A stretch of DNA of 52,408 nucleotides, counting the filler, from Squatina squatina (taxonomy: Eukaryota): NCBI GenBank assembly GCA_031763465.1. It is 2 parts of 2 records of this genome, joined end to end, with 100 filler letters (N's around TTAATTAATTAA, not from the genome) between each part and the next. Parts side by side here need not be neighbours in the genome. Positions count along the whole stretch, not along the records: positions 1 to 31,557 come from JARFOE010000004.1; 1 more part is not named here. One strand, given 5' to 3'. The first letter of the stretch is position 1; every line of letters starts with the position of its first letter. A model generated the notes under the pieces. The model was not told where the DNA came from. It did no database searches and saw only the letters and a list, made by a program, of their open reading frames with translations. Of the stretch, positions 1 through 11,634 are shown piece after piece. The position numbers and the translations under genes were made by a program.

Positions 1-461
1 CCGGTTCTTTTTAGTATTCAAGGCCCGATGAATTAACAATCAGAGACAGGCGGCATTTTTTGACAAGTGGCTTTATAACCGGTAGATTAATTAGAATATG
101 ATGAGATTTTTATTAGCTTTCATAAGGACACTGGGGGGAAAATGCTCGCACCACAGAGGAGAAATATTTATTTCAGCGTCAATGTTTCATTATAAAAATG
201 ATACTGTTTGCACAGATCACAGCAAAGTATTTGCCTAACCTATTTGTGTTAACTGTAACCAAGGGTTCAGATATACTGTTGACATTTAAGTTAATTAGAA
301 AACCTTGCATTTTAGTATTTGATGAGAATAAATTTTCCTTTTGACTGGAGCAGGGTGCAATCTTGTCTCTTTGCCTGTCAGGGCGGAAGTATATGATCCC
401 TTGAGAATTTCAGTAACGATTTTGTCTGGGAATACTTTAGTGTGATGCTTCCTTTCAGCAG

Positions 462-1115
462 GAAACAAAAAGCAAACGAAGCTCTGAGATTCATTTCTAG
501 AGGGATAGAATTGGAAAGCAGAGCAGTTATGTCAAACTTGTATAGACCCTTGGTTCGACCACACTTGGAGTACTGTGAACAGTTCTGGTCTTCATATCAT
601 GAAATAGATATAGAGGCACTGGCGAAGTCCAAAAAAAGATTTACTAGAATGGTGTCAGAACTGAAAAGGTTACACCTGTCAGAAATGATATCACAGACTG
701 GGGCTCTGTTCTCTGCAAAAGAGAAGACTGAGGGATGATCTGATAGAGGCCTATCAGATTATAAAAGTGTTTGACAGGGTAGACATAGAAATGTTTCCAC
801 TTGCGGGTGAGACCAGAGCTAGGGGCAATAAACATAAGATAGTCATTAACAAATCCATTAAGAAATTCAGGAGAAATCTCTTTACCCAGAAAGTGGTTAA
901 AAATGTGGAACTCGTTACCACAAGCAATAGTTGAGGCGACTAGTATAGATGCAGTTAAGGGGAAGCGAGATAAACACTTGAGGAAGAAAGGAATAGAATG
1001 ATATTTTGATGGGGTTAGATGTGAAAGCATGGGAGGAGGCTCTTGTGGAGCATCAACACTGTCATGGACCTGTTGGGCCAAATGGCCTGTTTCTGTGCCA
1101 TAAATACTATGTAAT
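462..1115 (+). mobile_element. CR1-clade LINE, 5'-truncated 3' end (degraded ORF2 C-terminus and 3' UTR)
   Basis: Translates to LYRPLVRPHLEYCEQFWS, the typical CR1 ORF2 C-terminal motif; frameshifted; ends with gggccaaatggcctgtttctgtg...tactatg, a tail shared with other copies in the window. Confidence 0.9.
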
Positions 1116-1129
1116 ATAGAAAGTTTTAC

Positions 1130-1231
1130 CTGCATTTTATTAATAACAATTTCAGAATCCTGGTCCCATACACGAGCAGTGCCATCCTCAGTGATGTATT
1201 CCTTGCAGGCTGTCACCATTTGGTTTGTGAC
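1130..1231 (-). CDS. Internal exon of outer-arm axonemal dynein heavy chain (DNAH8/DNAH5-like), N-terminal tail region
   Basis: ttag|GTC...ATG CAG|gtaaaa; 102 bp, phase 0/0; VTNQMVTACKEYITEDGTARVWDQDSEIVINKMQ, close to human DNAH8 VTNQMVTACKAYITDGG..VWDQ (from memory). Confidence 0.93.
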
Positions 1232-1317
1232 CTAAAGTTAATTACAATATCACAGCAGAAATACCAAAATGCAGATGGATTCAGAGATTAAATTCATAAT
1301 CAAATTAGGGTACACAC

Positions 1318-1425
1318 CTTAATAAAGAGGGAGGTCAGCTGTTGTGAGGTGTTGTAGTAGCGCGACACGTTATGAATCATTTGGATAGCATTTATCAAAT
1401 TAGGAACACCTCTTGTCATAGTCAC
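1318..1425 (-). CDS. Preceding internal exon of the same DNAH8/DNAH5-like dynein heavy chain
   Basis: atttccag|GTG...ATT AAG|gtgtgt; 108 bp, phase 0/0; VTMTRGVPNLINAIQMIHNVSRYYNTSQQLTSLFIK, matching the DNAH5/8 motif NLINAIxMIHxVSRYYNTSExMTSLFIK; splices in frame to 1231 across an 86-bp intron. Confidence 0.93.
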
Positions 1426-1731
1426 CTGGAAATTGAATGATTTCATAACTATGATACCATGAGACAAAAACATTCAAAAATAATGCACAGAATTAAGGGT
1501 TACATTACGTTGTTGGTCATCTTTTAGTGGAAGGTTTTTAACATGCTCACAGTGAGAGCAATTGCCCTTGAAGTCGCCAGTAACATTGACTCTTCCTATT
1601 TTGAGTAATTTAAAAGGGCATGTTCTCTGAGCAACATCAAAAGAAGAAAATAAATAATTTGTAATACATAATATATGAATGGGAGCAAATAACTAGAAAA
1701 ATAATTCTCGCAATCAAATATCTAGAACCTA

Positions 1732-1884
1732 GGCCAGGAAATTCCTTGGAGCTGCACCTGCTCCACCAACATTACCTTGCCAGAAGTACAGCGGAAAGCC
1801 CATTACACACGTAAATGGCATTTCTTAACACTTCAGTGCAGTGATGCAGGTGGAGTGGGAGCAGCTCTGAGGAATTCCCTGGCA
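1732..1884. mobile_element. Palindromic MITE-like element
   Basis: Left arm gccaggaaattccttggagctgcacctgctccacc is the near reverse complement of right arm ggtggagtgggagcagctctgaggaattccctggc; weaker inner symmetry continues to the centre. Confidence 0.7.
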
Positions 1885-1944
1885 AGGCAAACTGTAGTTG
1901 GCCAGGAAGCAGCAAAGCCAGCAGAATATGGTTCCAATCAATTT

Positions 1945-2345
1945 TTTAAAAATTCATTCATGGAACGTGGGCGTTATTGTCCATCTCTAATTCCCCTTGA
2001 ACCACGACAGTCCATGTAGTGAAGGTACTCCCNNNNNNNNNNNNNNNNNNNNNNNNNNNNNNNNNNNNNNNNNNNNNNNNNNNNNNNNNNNNNNNNNNNN
2101 NNNNNNNNNNNNNNNNNNNNNNNNNNNNNNNNGTCACATATAGGCCAGACCAGGTAAGGATGGCAGATTCCCTTCCCTAAAGGACATTAGTGAACCAGAT
2201 GAGTTTTTACAACAATCTGATAGTTTCATGGTCACCATTACTGACACTAGCTTTTTTAAAAATTCCACATTATTTAAATAACTGAATTTAAATTCCACAA
2301 CTGCCGTGGTGGGCTTTGAACTCACGTCTCTGGATCAATAGTCCA
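1945..2345 (-). mobile_element. tRNA-derived SINE (gap-interrupted)
   Basis: Reverse complement of the family seen at 4315, 6385, 41763 and 43150 (cactaatgtcctttagggaaggaaatctgcc core). Confidence 0.8.
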
Positions 2346-2620
2346 AGCCATTGGTGGCCATGCCTTCTGTTGCCTAGGCCCTAAGCTCTGGAATTCCCGC
2401 CCTAAACCTCTCCGTCCCTCTACCTCTCCATCCCTCTACCTCTCTTTCTTCCTTTAAGACGCTCCTTAAAACCTACCTCTTTGACCAAGCTTTTTTCACC
2501 TCTCCTTATAGCTCCTCTGTGGCTTGGTAACTTGGTGGTCCAATTATGCTCCAGTGAAGCACCTTGGGATGTTTTACTATGTTAAAGGTGCCATATAAAT
2601 GCAAGTTGTTGTTGATGTTG
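2346..2620 (+). mobile_element. L2-clade LINE 3' end
   Basis: ctctggaattccc..cctaaacctctc..ctccttaaaacctacctctttgaccaagc and a tatataaatgcaagttgttgttg-type tail; same family at 36826-37295 and 20474-20710. Confidence 0.75.
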
Positions 2621-3345
2621 ACAGGGAGCATTAAAAACATTTCTTGGCCACAGAACAGAAAACCTTTGTCCGACCTACTGCCTTTGCTGGGACGCATTGT
2701 CCGACGTAACAATAATAATGCCAAAATCATCTTCAGCCGTAATCTGATGCTGGCTCCCGCCGACCTCTATGCAGCCTATTTTATGGCTGTTTGTAGCTCT
2801 TGTATTCCACTGCTCTCACTTCCTCGCCTTACAGCGCTCCTCTTTATCTGAGATTTTTATGCACACAGCGACTCAGTAAAAAGTTCTGTGTACAAAGGGC
2901 CGTAAACAAACTGGTCATTTTTAGGGCCATAAGCTAGTTTTATGCTTCATTGTTTACTGCAGTGTTTGGGTCTTAACTGTGACTTTTGCTTTTCGCCCAT
3001 CTCGGCTTCTTAGCAAGCTTCCTCTCCCCAACAACTGTTGTTTGTTATCATGTCTTCGGGATGAGTCTCTGATGACTTAAAGGTAATTAGAATGAATTAT
3101 ACCTCCTGTCATTTAGAAGTGCTTATTTTTGCTTCTCATGTATATTTTATGACAGGTCGACGAGGCAGGCTGTGCATGTTAAAACCGTAGCGTTTCGCAG
3201 CCGCTAAAAGCAACCTTACGTGGTGAGTTGGGCTCGGAGACTGGANNNNNNNNNNNNNNNNNNNNNNNNNNNNNNNNNNNNNNNNNNNNNNNNNNNNNNN
3301 NNNNNNNNNNNNNNNNNNNNNNNNNNNNNNNNNNNNNNNNNNNNN

Positions 3346-3460
3346 CAACCCTCTCTGCTACCTCATCAAAAAACTCAATCAAGTCAGTTAAACACGATTT
3401 GCCTTTAATAAATCCGTGCTGGCTTTCCTTAATCAATCTGCACTTGTCCAAGTGTTGATT
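3346..3460 (-). mobile_element. CR1 reverse transcriptase fragment
   Basis: Translates to HLDKCRLIKESQHGFIKGKSCLTDLIEFFDEV (QHGF..GKSCLT motif). Confidence 0.9.
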
Positions 3461-4072
3461 AACAGTTAGCCTGGACATCGGGGAGAGCGACTCCTGTGCT
3501 TTTTTGAGTATTGCCGTGGGATCCTTTACATCCATCTGAGAGGGCAGATGGTCTAACGTCTGAGCTGAAAGAAGATTTTACAATCAGAACACGAAGAGAA
3601 GAAGTGAGCAATGGATCAAACAGCTGAATGTCGTTGAGCTGACCTAGTGGGGCCTAGTTGGAATCTGCATTCACTTGCTGGCGGTAACTGGTGATCATCT
3701 CATTAGGTGGTTGATGTCTCTTCTGCAGCCAAGCTATTAGAGAATGATTCTAATGATATTATGTTCCTGACTGATGGCTGGAATGGTGCTGTTCACTCTC
3801 AGACAATCGGAGTGCAGGTTAAGCCTTGATGCGCATTGAAAGTTTAATGAGATTGTTTGGACTCATTAATAATGGATATCTTCTAAATGATGAGCTAATG
3901 CTGGTGAATTATTGATAGCAGGCAGGTGCTGACACTTACCTGTGTAGTGCAGCCCACTCGACTCGTTGGGAGGATGCAGCACTGACATTGTGGCCTTTGC
4001 TAGATCTGCTCGTAGGCACTTCTAATGAAACTGCTGCTTTCGGTCCATTTTTATCTTTGCTTTCTCATAGAA

Positions 4073-4275
4073 AAAAAGAAAGACGTGCATTTATATAGCG
4101 CCTTTCGTGACCTCAGGACATTCCAAAGCACTTTATAGCCAATGAAGTACTTTTTGAAGGGTACTCACTGTTGTAATGTAGGAAATGCACAGCCAATTTG
4201 CGCACAGCAAGCTCCCACAGACAGCAATGTTATAATGATCAGGTAATCTGTTTTTGTTTTGCTGACTGAGGGATC
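4073..4275 (-). mobile_element. DeuSINE-superfamily SINE fragment (AmnSINE1/SacSINE1-like)
   Basis: Reverse complement of gctgtgcgcaaattggctg..tttcctacattacaacagtga..cttcaaaagtacttcattggct..aaagcgctttgg..ggcgctatataaatgca; further copies at about 7020-7200, 19850-20220, 22170-22560, 23800-24030 and 27139-27272. Confidence 0.75.
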
Positions 4276-4314
4276 ATAGCGACATTAAATGGTCACGGAA
4301 AATTCCAAGGAAAG

Positions 4315-4675
4315 GGAGTACAATTACGTTATTGTCGAGTAATCTAGTGTTCTGGGCTGGTAATCCAGAGAATGAGAATTTGAATTCAGTTTTTTTTTAA
4401 ATCTGGAAATAAAAAATCTGACATCGGTAAGAGGGACAATGAAGCAGTTGAATTCTCAAGAAAAAAAAACATTTGGTTCACTAATGTCATTTAGGGAAGG
4501 AAATCTGCTGCCCTTTCCTGGTCTGGCCTATATGTGACTCCAGTCCCACAGCAACATGGCTGAAAATTAACTGCCCACTGAAGTGGCCTAGCAAATCACT
4601 CAGTTGCACCAAGGGGTGGGCAATAAATGGTGGCATGGCCAGCAACACCCACATCCTGAGCAGGGATTTTAAAAA
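4315..4675 (+). mobile_element. tRNA-derived SINE
   Basis: Same core as 6385-6670; ends gggcaataaat..gccagc..cccacatcc. Confidence 0.8.
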
Positions 4676-4929
4676 AGCTATGCTCTTCCTTGCTATAGTG
4701 GGTTACTTCAGGGGCCAGTCCCAGGGCCATTATTGTTTATCTTGTACATAGATGATCTGGAGTTGGTAACATTAATGCAGCTTTTGGCACNNNNNNNNNN
4801 NNNNNNNNNNNNNNNNNNNNNNNNNNNNNNNNNNNNNNNNNNNNNNNNNNNNNNNNNNNNNNNNNNNNNNNNNNNNNNNNNNNNNNNNNNTCTATTCCTT
4901 TCTCCTACATGTACTTATCTGATATTATA

Positions 4930-5335
4930 GAGAAGAGACTACATAAACTGGGGCATTCAAAGACAGAAGGCAAAGAGGAAATAGAATAGAATTGTTCAAT
5001 TTGATGAAGTGAACCAGGGAAAACTATTTTCATTGCTCGGTCTGTCAGTAATTACACCGCCTGAACTTAATATCATCAAAAGAATGAATGCAGAGATTAG
5101 GAGAATTTTTTTTACATGAAATTCTGTTACAACATGGACTGGCCTACCAGAAGCAGTGGTGGGAGGAGAATCTGTAAGAGCTATTAAGAAGGGAGCAGAT
5201 AAATATTTGAAAAAGGAGAAATTGAAATGGTTATGGGGCAAGGGGAAATGGGACTAAACTCTTCCAGAGAGCCGGCACGAGTATGAAGGGCTGAATGGCC
5301 TTCTCCTGTGCTGTGAAGTGCTATGATTGTATGAT
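4930..5335 (+). mobile_element. Degraded CR1 LINE 3' end
   Basis: Ends gagccggcacgagtatgaagggctgaatggccttctcctgtgctgtg..ctatgatt, the CR1 3' tail. Confidence 0.75.
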
Positions 5336-6384
5336 AATGGATGGTGAGTGCCCATTCATACCTGGCACTCTATGGTATCCTGTGTGAGGCTCCATTATGC
5401 TGTGCAACAGTGCTGCAACCAGATCCTGCAGTCTTTAATCTCAATTCAATGTTTTTAAATATGCAGGGGAGCAAATGTCATACGACTAGGAATTTAAACT
5501 AGCTGTGTGAGAAATGGCCAAATTATAATGCTATTAGGCCTTTGCTCGGCCCCAATATATTTTCATTAAACTCCCCATTAAAGGGATTTTCAGGACTATC
5601 TCAAAGACCTCTGGAGAAGTGATTGAANNNNNNNNNNNNNNNNNNNNNNNNNNNNNNNNNNNNNNNNNNNNNNNNNNNNNNNNNNNNNNNNNNNNNNNNN
5701 NNNNNNNNNNNNNNNNNNNNNNNNNNNTTTGAGCAGGGATTCCAGAGCTTAGAGCCTGGACAGCTGGCGACATGGCCACCAATGATGCGTCACTAGATTC
5801 TAGACTTGCAATCACTCCAGGGTATCCATTAATCTCTTTGTATCTTCCTCCTGGTTGATTGAAAGTTTCAATATCACAAGCTTGTTTTTCCTAATGAATC
5901 GATAAATTGTTTTCAGACATGTGACAGTTTCCGAACAAAAGATACAAAATAATGTTGATTTAGTAAATTATTTAAAACTTTTTTTTCCTTTCATCAAATA
6001 TTGAAACATGGATGAAGGAACAAGCAGTTAAATCACCCAATATCTATTATAGTTTTATAACACGGATATTTGTCCTTTACTCTATTAATATTATGACCTC
6101 AGTTGATTTGTCTTCAGAGTTATAGACAAGATAAAGTAAGCAAAGAGCTGAAGTAGCTGTTGCAATTTTTAATACCCTCCCTAGTTCTGAAAACCTTGAT
6201 CTTATTTATATGCAAACATATTGCATAATAGCCTCTTGTTAAAAGTATGATACTGGGCATTGGAGGTTTAAATCACAAGGACAGATTGCATAAGCCTGGC
6301 TTATAGTCCCTTGAGCATAGAAGATTGAGGGGTGATCTGATCGAGGTGTTTAAAATGTTAAAAGGATTTGATAGCACAGATATG

Positions 6385-6670
6385 GGTGCGGTAGGATACG
6401 TTACTGAACTGGTAATTCAGAGGCCTGGGCTATTGATCTGGAGACACAAGTTCGAATCCCACCACAGCAGTGGGTGAAATTAAATTCAGTTAATTAAATT
6501 AAACTACTGGATTGTCGTAAAAACTCATCTGGTTGACTAATGCCCTTTAGGGAAGGTAATCTGTTATTCTGTTGTCCTTGTCTAGCCTATATGTGACTCT
6601 AGACCCACAGCAATGTGTTTGACTTTGAAATAGCCCAGAAAGCCACTCAGTTGTACCAAACTGCTGCAAA
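6385..6670 (+). mobile_element. tRNA-derived SINE directly abutting a CR1 fragment (about 6250-6385)
   Basis: Pol III B-box-like gttcgaatccc at 6450-6460 followed by the family core. Confidence 0.8.
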
Positions 6671-6787
6671 GAATTATACTAAGGATANNNNNNNNNNNNN
6701 NNNNNNNNNNNNNNNNNNNNNNNNNNNNNNNNNNNNNNNNNNNNNNNNNNNNNNNNNNNNNNNNNNNNNNNNNNNNNNNNNNNNNNN

Positions 6788-6975
6788 TCATCCAAATCAT
6801 TGGTATAGATTGTGAATAGCTGGGGTCCCAGCACTGATCCTTGCGGTACCCCACTAGTCACTGCCTGCCATCCTGAAAATGACCCGTTTATTCCTGCTCT
6901 CTGTTTTGTGTCCATTAACCAATCCTCAATCCATGCCAGTATATTATCCCCAATCCCATGTGCCCTAATTTTGTT
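6788..6975 (-). mobile_element. CR1 reverse transcriptase fragment
   Basis: Translates to [29 protein letters not shown] ([10 protein letters not shown] motif). Confidence 0.92.
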
Positions 6976-8416
6976 TAATTGTCCTGGTCTATATTTAACC
7001 CTCTACAAGCTTCACTTAAAAAGAAAACAGGTCATTATCACATTGCTGCTTGTGGAACTTTACTGTGTGCTGCTTGGCTGCTACATTTCCTACATTACAA
7101 CAGTGACGACACTTCCCAAAGTACTTCATTGGCTGTGAAACGCTTTGGGAGGGCCTGCGGTTGTGAAATGACACTATATAAAATGAAAGTTTTTTCTTTC
7201 CAAGATTACTGATGAGATATAAAATCCAACCCATGTAACATTTGTCTTTGAGTTGAAGCGTATCAATTTTTCTCTCTCAAGTATCAGCTTCAATTTTGTG
7301 AGGTTAGTGTGCTCCTTCAAATCGCCTGATAAAGGAAAAGCGTAATGCATCAACATCAATGGCAGCCAAAGCTGTGCTTAGATCTGGGAACTGCTCTCGG
7401 NNNNNNNNNNCTGACTTTGATTAAGAACAAAACTGAAAGGGGCAAAAGGTATTATAATCAGCTCACTTCAACAGCTGTTCCCTGAACTACTGCGTCTTTT
7501 ATTAAGAGAGCTTCATCCAACCTGCTTTTGTCGTTTAAGTACTGGGACATGTCGCCGTTCAGCGAGTAATTGATTGCAAATCAATCCCTTCTTTATTACT
7601 GTAATAAATTACCCACTGCGTTAGCCCATTTATCATTAACTTGTCTGTGGATGACCTTTGAGTACTTCCTTGAATCTNNNNNNNNNNNNNNNNNNNNNNN
7701 NNNNNNNNNNNNNNNNNNNNNNNNNNNNNNNNNNNNNNNNNNNNNNNNNNNNNNNNNNNNNNNNNNNNNNNNNNNNNCCGAGTATCACAAGGCCCTCTGC
7801 TGTTATTGACTGCATATTGAAGCGTTGGCTGCAGCCCTATCGGTGGGGGCACCAGGTGACTGTCACAACGTGGGGGCACGGCAGATATTATCAATATCCT
7901 GCGAGTGAAATGTGAGCTCAATTCACTTCTTCGAGTCGCTGAGCTTTATGCTACTCTTGCACTAAATCAAAATGCAAATCCGCTACCTCAGTCAGGCAGT
8001 CTGTGTGTTGGTGACTGCTAGTCACTGACAGAACTGGGACTGAGCGTCCGCCTCTGATAAATGAGTCTGTCAGAAGCTGCAACTATTCGACCCCCAACCA
8101 CCTAGAGCTGACTGAACGTTGTTTAATCATTTGATTAAAGTAGGTAAAGGCAACCAGGGCACAAGTGATTAACTGCCAAGTTGACAATAACTCCACGCAA
8201 CCAGAGAGATCAGGGCTCGACTTGCATGGTCCATTAGAAATCCAGGCACAAATTTAACACAGTTGTCAGTGTCAAGGATACTAGGGGAGTGAGATTTATG
8301 ATCAAGAACAGCACAANNNNNNNNNNNNNNNNNNNNNNNNNNNNNNNNNNNNNNNNNNNNNNNNNNNNNNNNNNNNNNNNNNNNNNNNNNNNNNNNNNNN
8401 NNNNNNNNNNNNNNNN

Positions 8417-8555
8417 CCTCACCTCTGGAATTCAGCTCTTTTGTCCATGTTTGGACCAAGGCTGTAATGAGGTCTGGAGCCGAGTGATCCTGGCGGAACC
8501 TAAGCATCGGTGAGCAGTTTATTGGTGATTAAGTGCTGCCTGAAAGTGTCAATAA
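8417..8555 (-). mobile_element. Non-LTR retrotransposon RT fragment (CR1/L2 group)
   Basis: Translates to FRQDHSAPDLITALVQTWTKELNSRGE; a related degraded RT piece (..SGVGLFAD..) lies at about 12285-12560 (+). Confidence 0.75.
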
Positions 8556-9367
8556 CACCCTCCAATAGTATTATATGAGCATAATGTACAGGCTGTATTG
8601 TGTTACAGAGGATAATTCTTAGACAGTAAGATAACTCAGAGCGATAAAGTGCATTCAATCATGTCTTGGGTACCAGCCACTGTCTGGCTCAGTCTCAGTA
8701 TAATTTTTAATCAGAATTATGCTACTTTTCTTGGGCTGCCGAGCACAATCCTCTTCGATGGAGGCAAGTTTGGACCGAGCGCACAGTTGCAACCTTCCTC
8801 TTGCTGTATGATGAACGGCAAACTGTGTATCATGTTAACAATGTGATGTCATTTGGAGCGTGTAAGCTCCCATCCCCCCTGAAAAGCTTTGGGCAGAGTG
8901 GTGTAATTCAGATGTTTTATTCACTGTTCTATTGATTAGATCTCTTGTTGCCAACAGGACAATTGAAGTGTATTTTTCCAGAAAGCAACCAGACAATCTA
9001 ATTTTCGGAACAATTATGGCACTTGTCTGCTTTTGGTGGCACTAACTATACAAAATATACCTTAATTGATTTCTTGAGCGAGAGACGTTTTCTAATCCCA
9101 GCTTCCCATCAGAGGCCTGAACTTTCAGGGTCACAGTGTGTCTTTTCGTTCAACCTTGTTCTGCTTCAAAGTGCGGCACAATTAATTTTTGTTAAAAGAA
9201 TGCTTGCATTTGCCAAATCATTTTTAATGCACAGATGACAAACTGGGGTGCACAGATTTCTAATGTGGGCTCCAGGCTCAAGCAGAAAAGCTCCCGAGTG
9301 GTGCCTGCTGTCCACTGCCAGCTGAAAACAAGAGGGGTAAGGGTAGCGGTAGGACCGATTGCATGGG

Positions 9368-9465
9368 TCCCGAGCCAAGTAGGTTCCCGAGCCAATCAGA
9401 AATCCCGAGCCAGTCAGAAATCCCGAGCCAGTCAGGGGTCGTCAAGCCAGTCAAGATCCTGAGCA
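9368..9465 (+). repeat. 17-18 bp minisatellite, unit TCCCGAGCCAGTCAGAAA
   Basis: Four good copies followed by two degenerate copies. Confidence 0.85.
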
Positions 9466-10719
9466 GTTCCAGTGATAAATTTAAGGATTGAGGTACATTG
9501 ATGGCGACCTTATCAAGGGGCCCTAAACCGAACCTTTGCACGGAGACCCTGATCATATTCAAAAATGCCAAACCCATTTTTCCAAATATCAGGTATAAAG
9601 GCACCCAAACAAAATCTCAGCAACCAAACATGGAGGCATGGAACTCAAACAGATTCTCCTGTCCTTCTCCTTACCAGATTGAGGACACTCACTACTTTGT
9701 TCTAGTGTATTCTTGAACTGCCAAAACAAAAATAAATCAAAAAGTACAATTGGCCATACTCACCTTCCTTGCACAACAGTTAAATAAATCTTGTGCTGAC
9801 TGCACTAAAAGCCCAGAGCAATAAGGTCGGTTACAGTTGTAAAGCAATTGCATGTGTACAGTGAATGTACGCAACGTCCATTTGGTGCAGAGTGCCCAAG
9901 ACTAAACATAACATGGTTAACAGTAAGCACCACGTTCCGCGTCAATCGGTTCTTAAATTCTGCTAACAACAGGCTATTGGTGTCATCATAAACTGCCTTG
10001 TGATTGGAGACCTTTTTTGGTGTGGGTGGAGGGATGATTAGAAAATTATTTATAACTCATTTTGATCCCAAGGTTACATGGTGTTTTGGTTGGCTGCACA
10101 AACTGATTATGTGAGTAATTTGATTGAGCTGATTGTCTCTTGAATTGGCCTCAGTTTTGAGACTTTAATTTTTTTAACCCCAAAGTTAAACGGATTACAA
10201 CACATGCTGCATTAACCCATTAACCAGCAAGCCAACACTGCAGTTACAAGCAGGTAATATACAAACTAATTTATGTGTTGAATTTTTTATAATGAATTCC
10301 ATTTATTTTTAATATTTTCCCTGGGCATCGGGATTTTTTTTTGTGGCATGTGTAAAGTTATAGGAGAGGTACTGAGCTGAGGAGAGTGATATGGGGAATA
10401 TTATGCTGATGGAATTACATGCAACAAAATCATAATTCTCACCACTTTGAGCATTCTTCCCCGAGNNNNNNNNNNNNNNNNNNNNNNNNNNNNNNNNNNN
10501 NNNNNNNNNNNNNNNNNNNNNNNNNNNNNNNNNNNNNNNNNNNNNNNNNNNNNNNNNNNNNNNNNGAAAGCTGCTAAAGTTGCTGTGGAAATGACCCTTA
10601 AAATGTAATTATATAAACACTGTTCATAATTCAATGGTAAATGTGTAGCTTTGAGAAAAATAAATATATTACTTTCCTGCCCAGTACATCAGAATTGCTT
10701 AAATGACATAATCGGCTTA

Positions 10720-11280
10720 ACAATAGGAGCCTGGACTACAAAGTGGGGTGGGGTGGGGCTGGGTGGGATGAAGTTATACAGAGCCTTGGTCAGATCCCCA
10801 TTTGGAGATGTATTGGCCTTGGAGCAGGTACAGCTTAAATTCACCAGAATGATACCAGGGCTTAGAGGGTTTAATTATTAGGACAGGTTGCATAAATTTG
10901 GCATGTATTCCTTTGTGTATGAAAGATATGATTGACTGATTTAAAATGTTAAAAGGATTTGATAGAATGGATACGGAGAAACTATTTTCTCTGCTGGGGA
11001 ATCAAAAACAAGGGGACATAGTAAAATCAGAGCTAAGCTGTTCAGGAGCTAAATCAAGAAGCATTTTTCCCACACAAATTGTAGAACAGCCAAAGGCTGT
11101 GTGGATGCTGGGACAATTGAAGCTTTTAAGACTGAGATCGATCCATCTTTGTGTGGTAAGGATATCAAGAGATATGGGACAACAGCAGGCAAATGGAATT
11201 GAGGTACAGATCAGCCATGTTCTAATTGAGTGGTGGAACAGCCTCGAGGGGTTGAATGACTTACTCCTGTTCCTATGTAA
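10720..11280 (+). mobile_element. CR1 LINE 3' end
   Basis: LYRALVR...ALEQVQLKFTRMIPGLRG, then gatcagccatg..aattga..ggaacagcctcgaggggttgaatg tail. Confidence 0.85.
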
Positions 11281-11634
11281 TGTGATCTGGTGTCTGAGAG
11301 AGCGTGCAAGCCCTTCCTCCTATAGTGAGACCAACAGAACGGAACAGCAGTGGTGTATATTCACTTAGAGGTGAAGCAGAGCTCAACTGAATTTTACTCA
11401 GGTCTTCTCTGCCGATTTATGGCAGAACAGCAGCAACTTCAGCATGAAAACTCCAGCACAATGATTGGAGGTGAGCAATGGCTCCAGAAAGACCTCCTGA
11501 AATGGACATCAGTCTAATTACCAGCTTCTTCCTTCTGTCCATTCAACCATCGACATTCCCCTTGATCCGGAGAGAATTGGAATCATAGCCTTCTGCAGAA
11601 TATTTGATGATTCACTGCTTTTAATAATCTTCAG

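Noticed and set aside
644-1219. 191-aa minus-strand ORF
   Set aside because: Only its first 30 codons are real (the dynein exon); the rest is read-through into antisense CR1 sequence.
6385-6470. Possible tRNA gene (gttcgaatccc)
   Set aside because: It is the tRNA-derived head of a multicopy SINE; no cloverleaf is evident.
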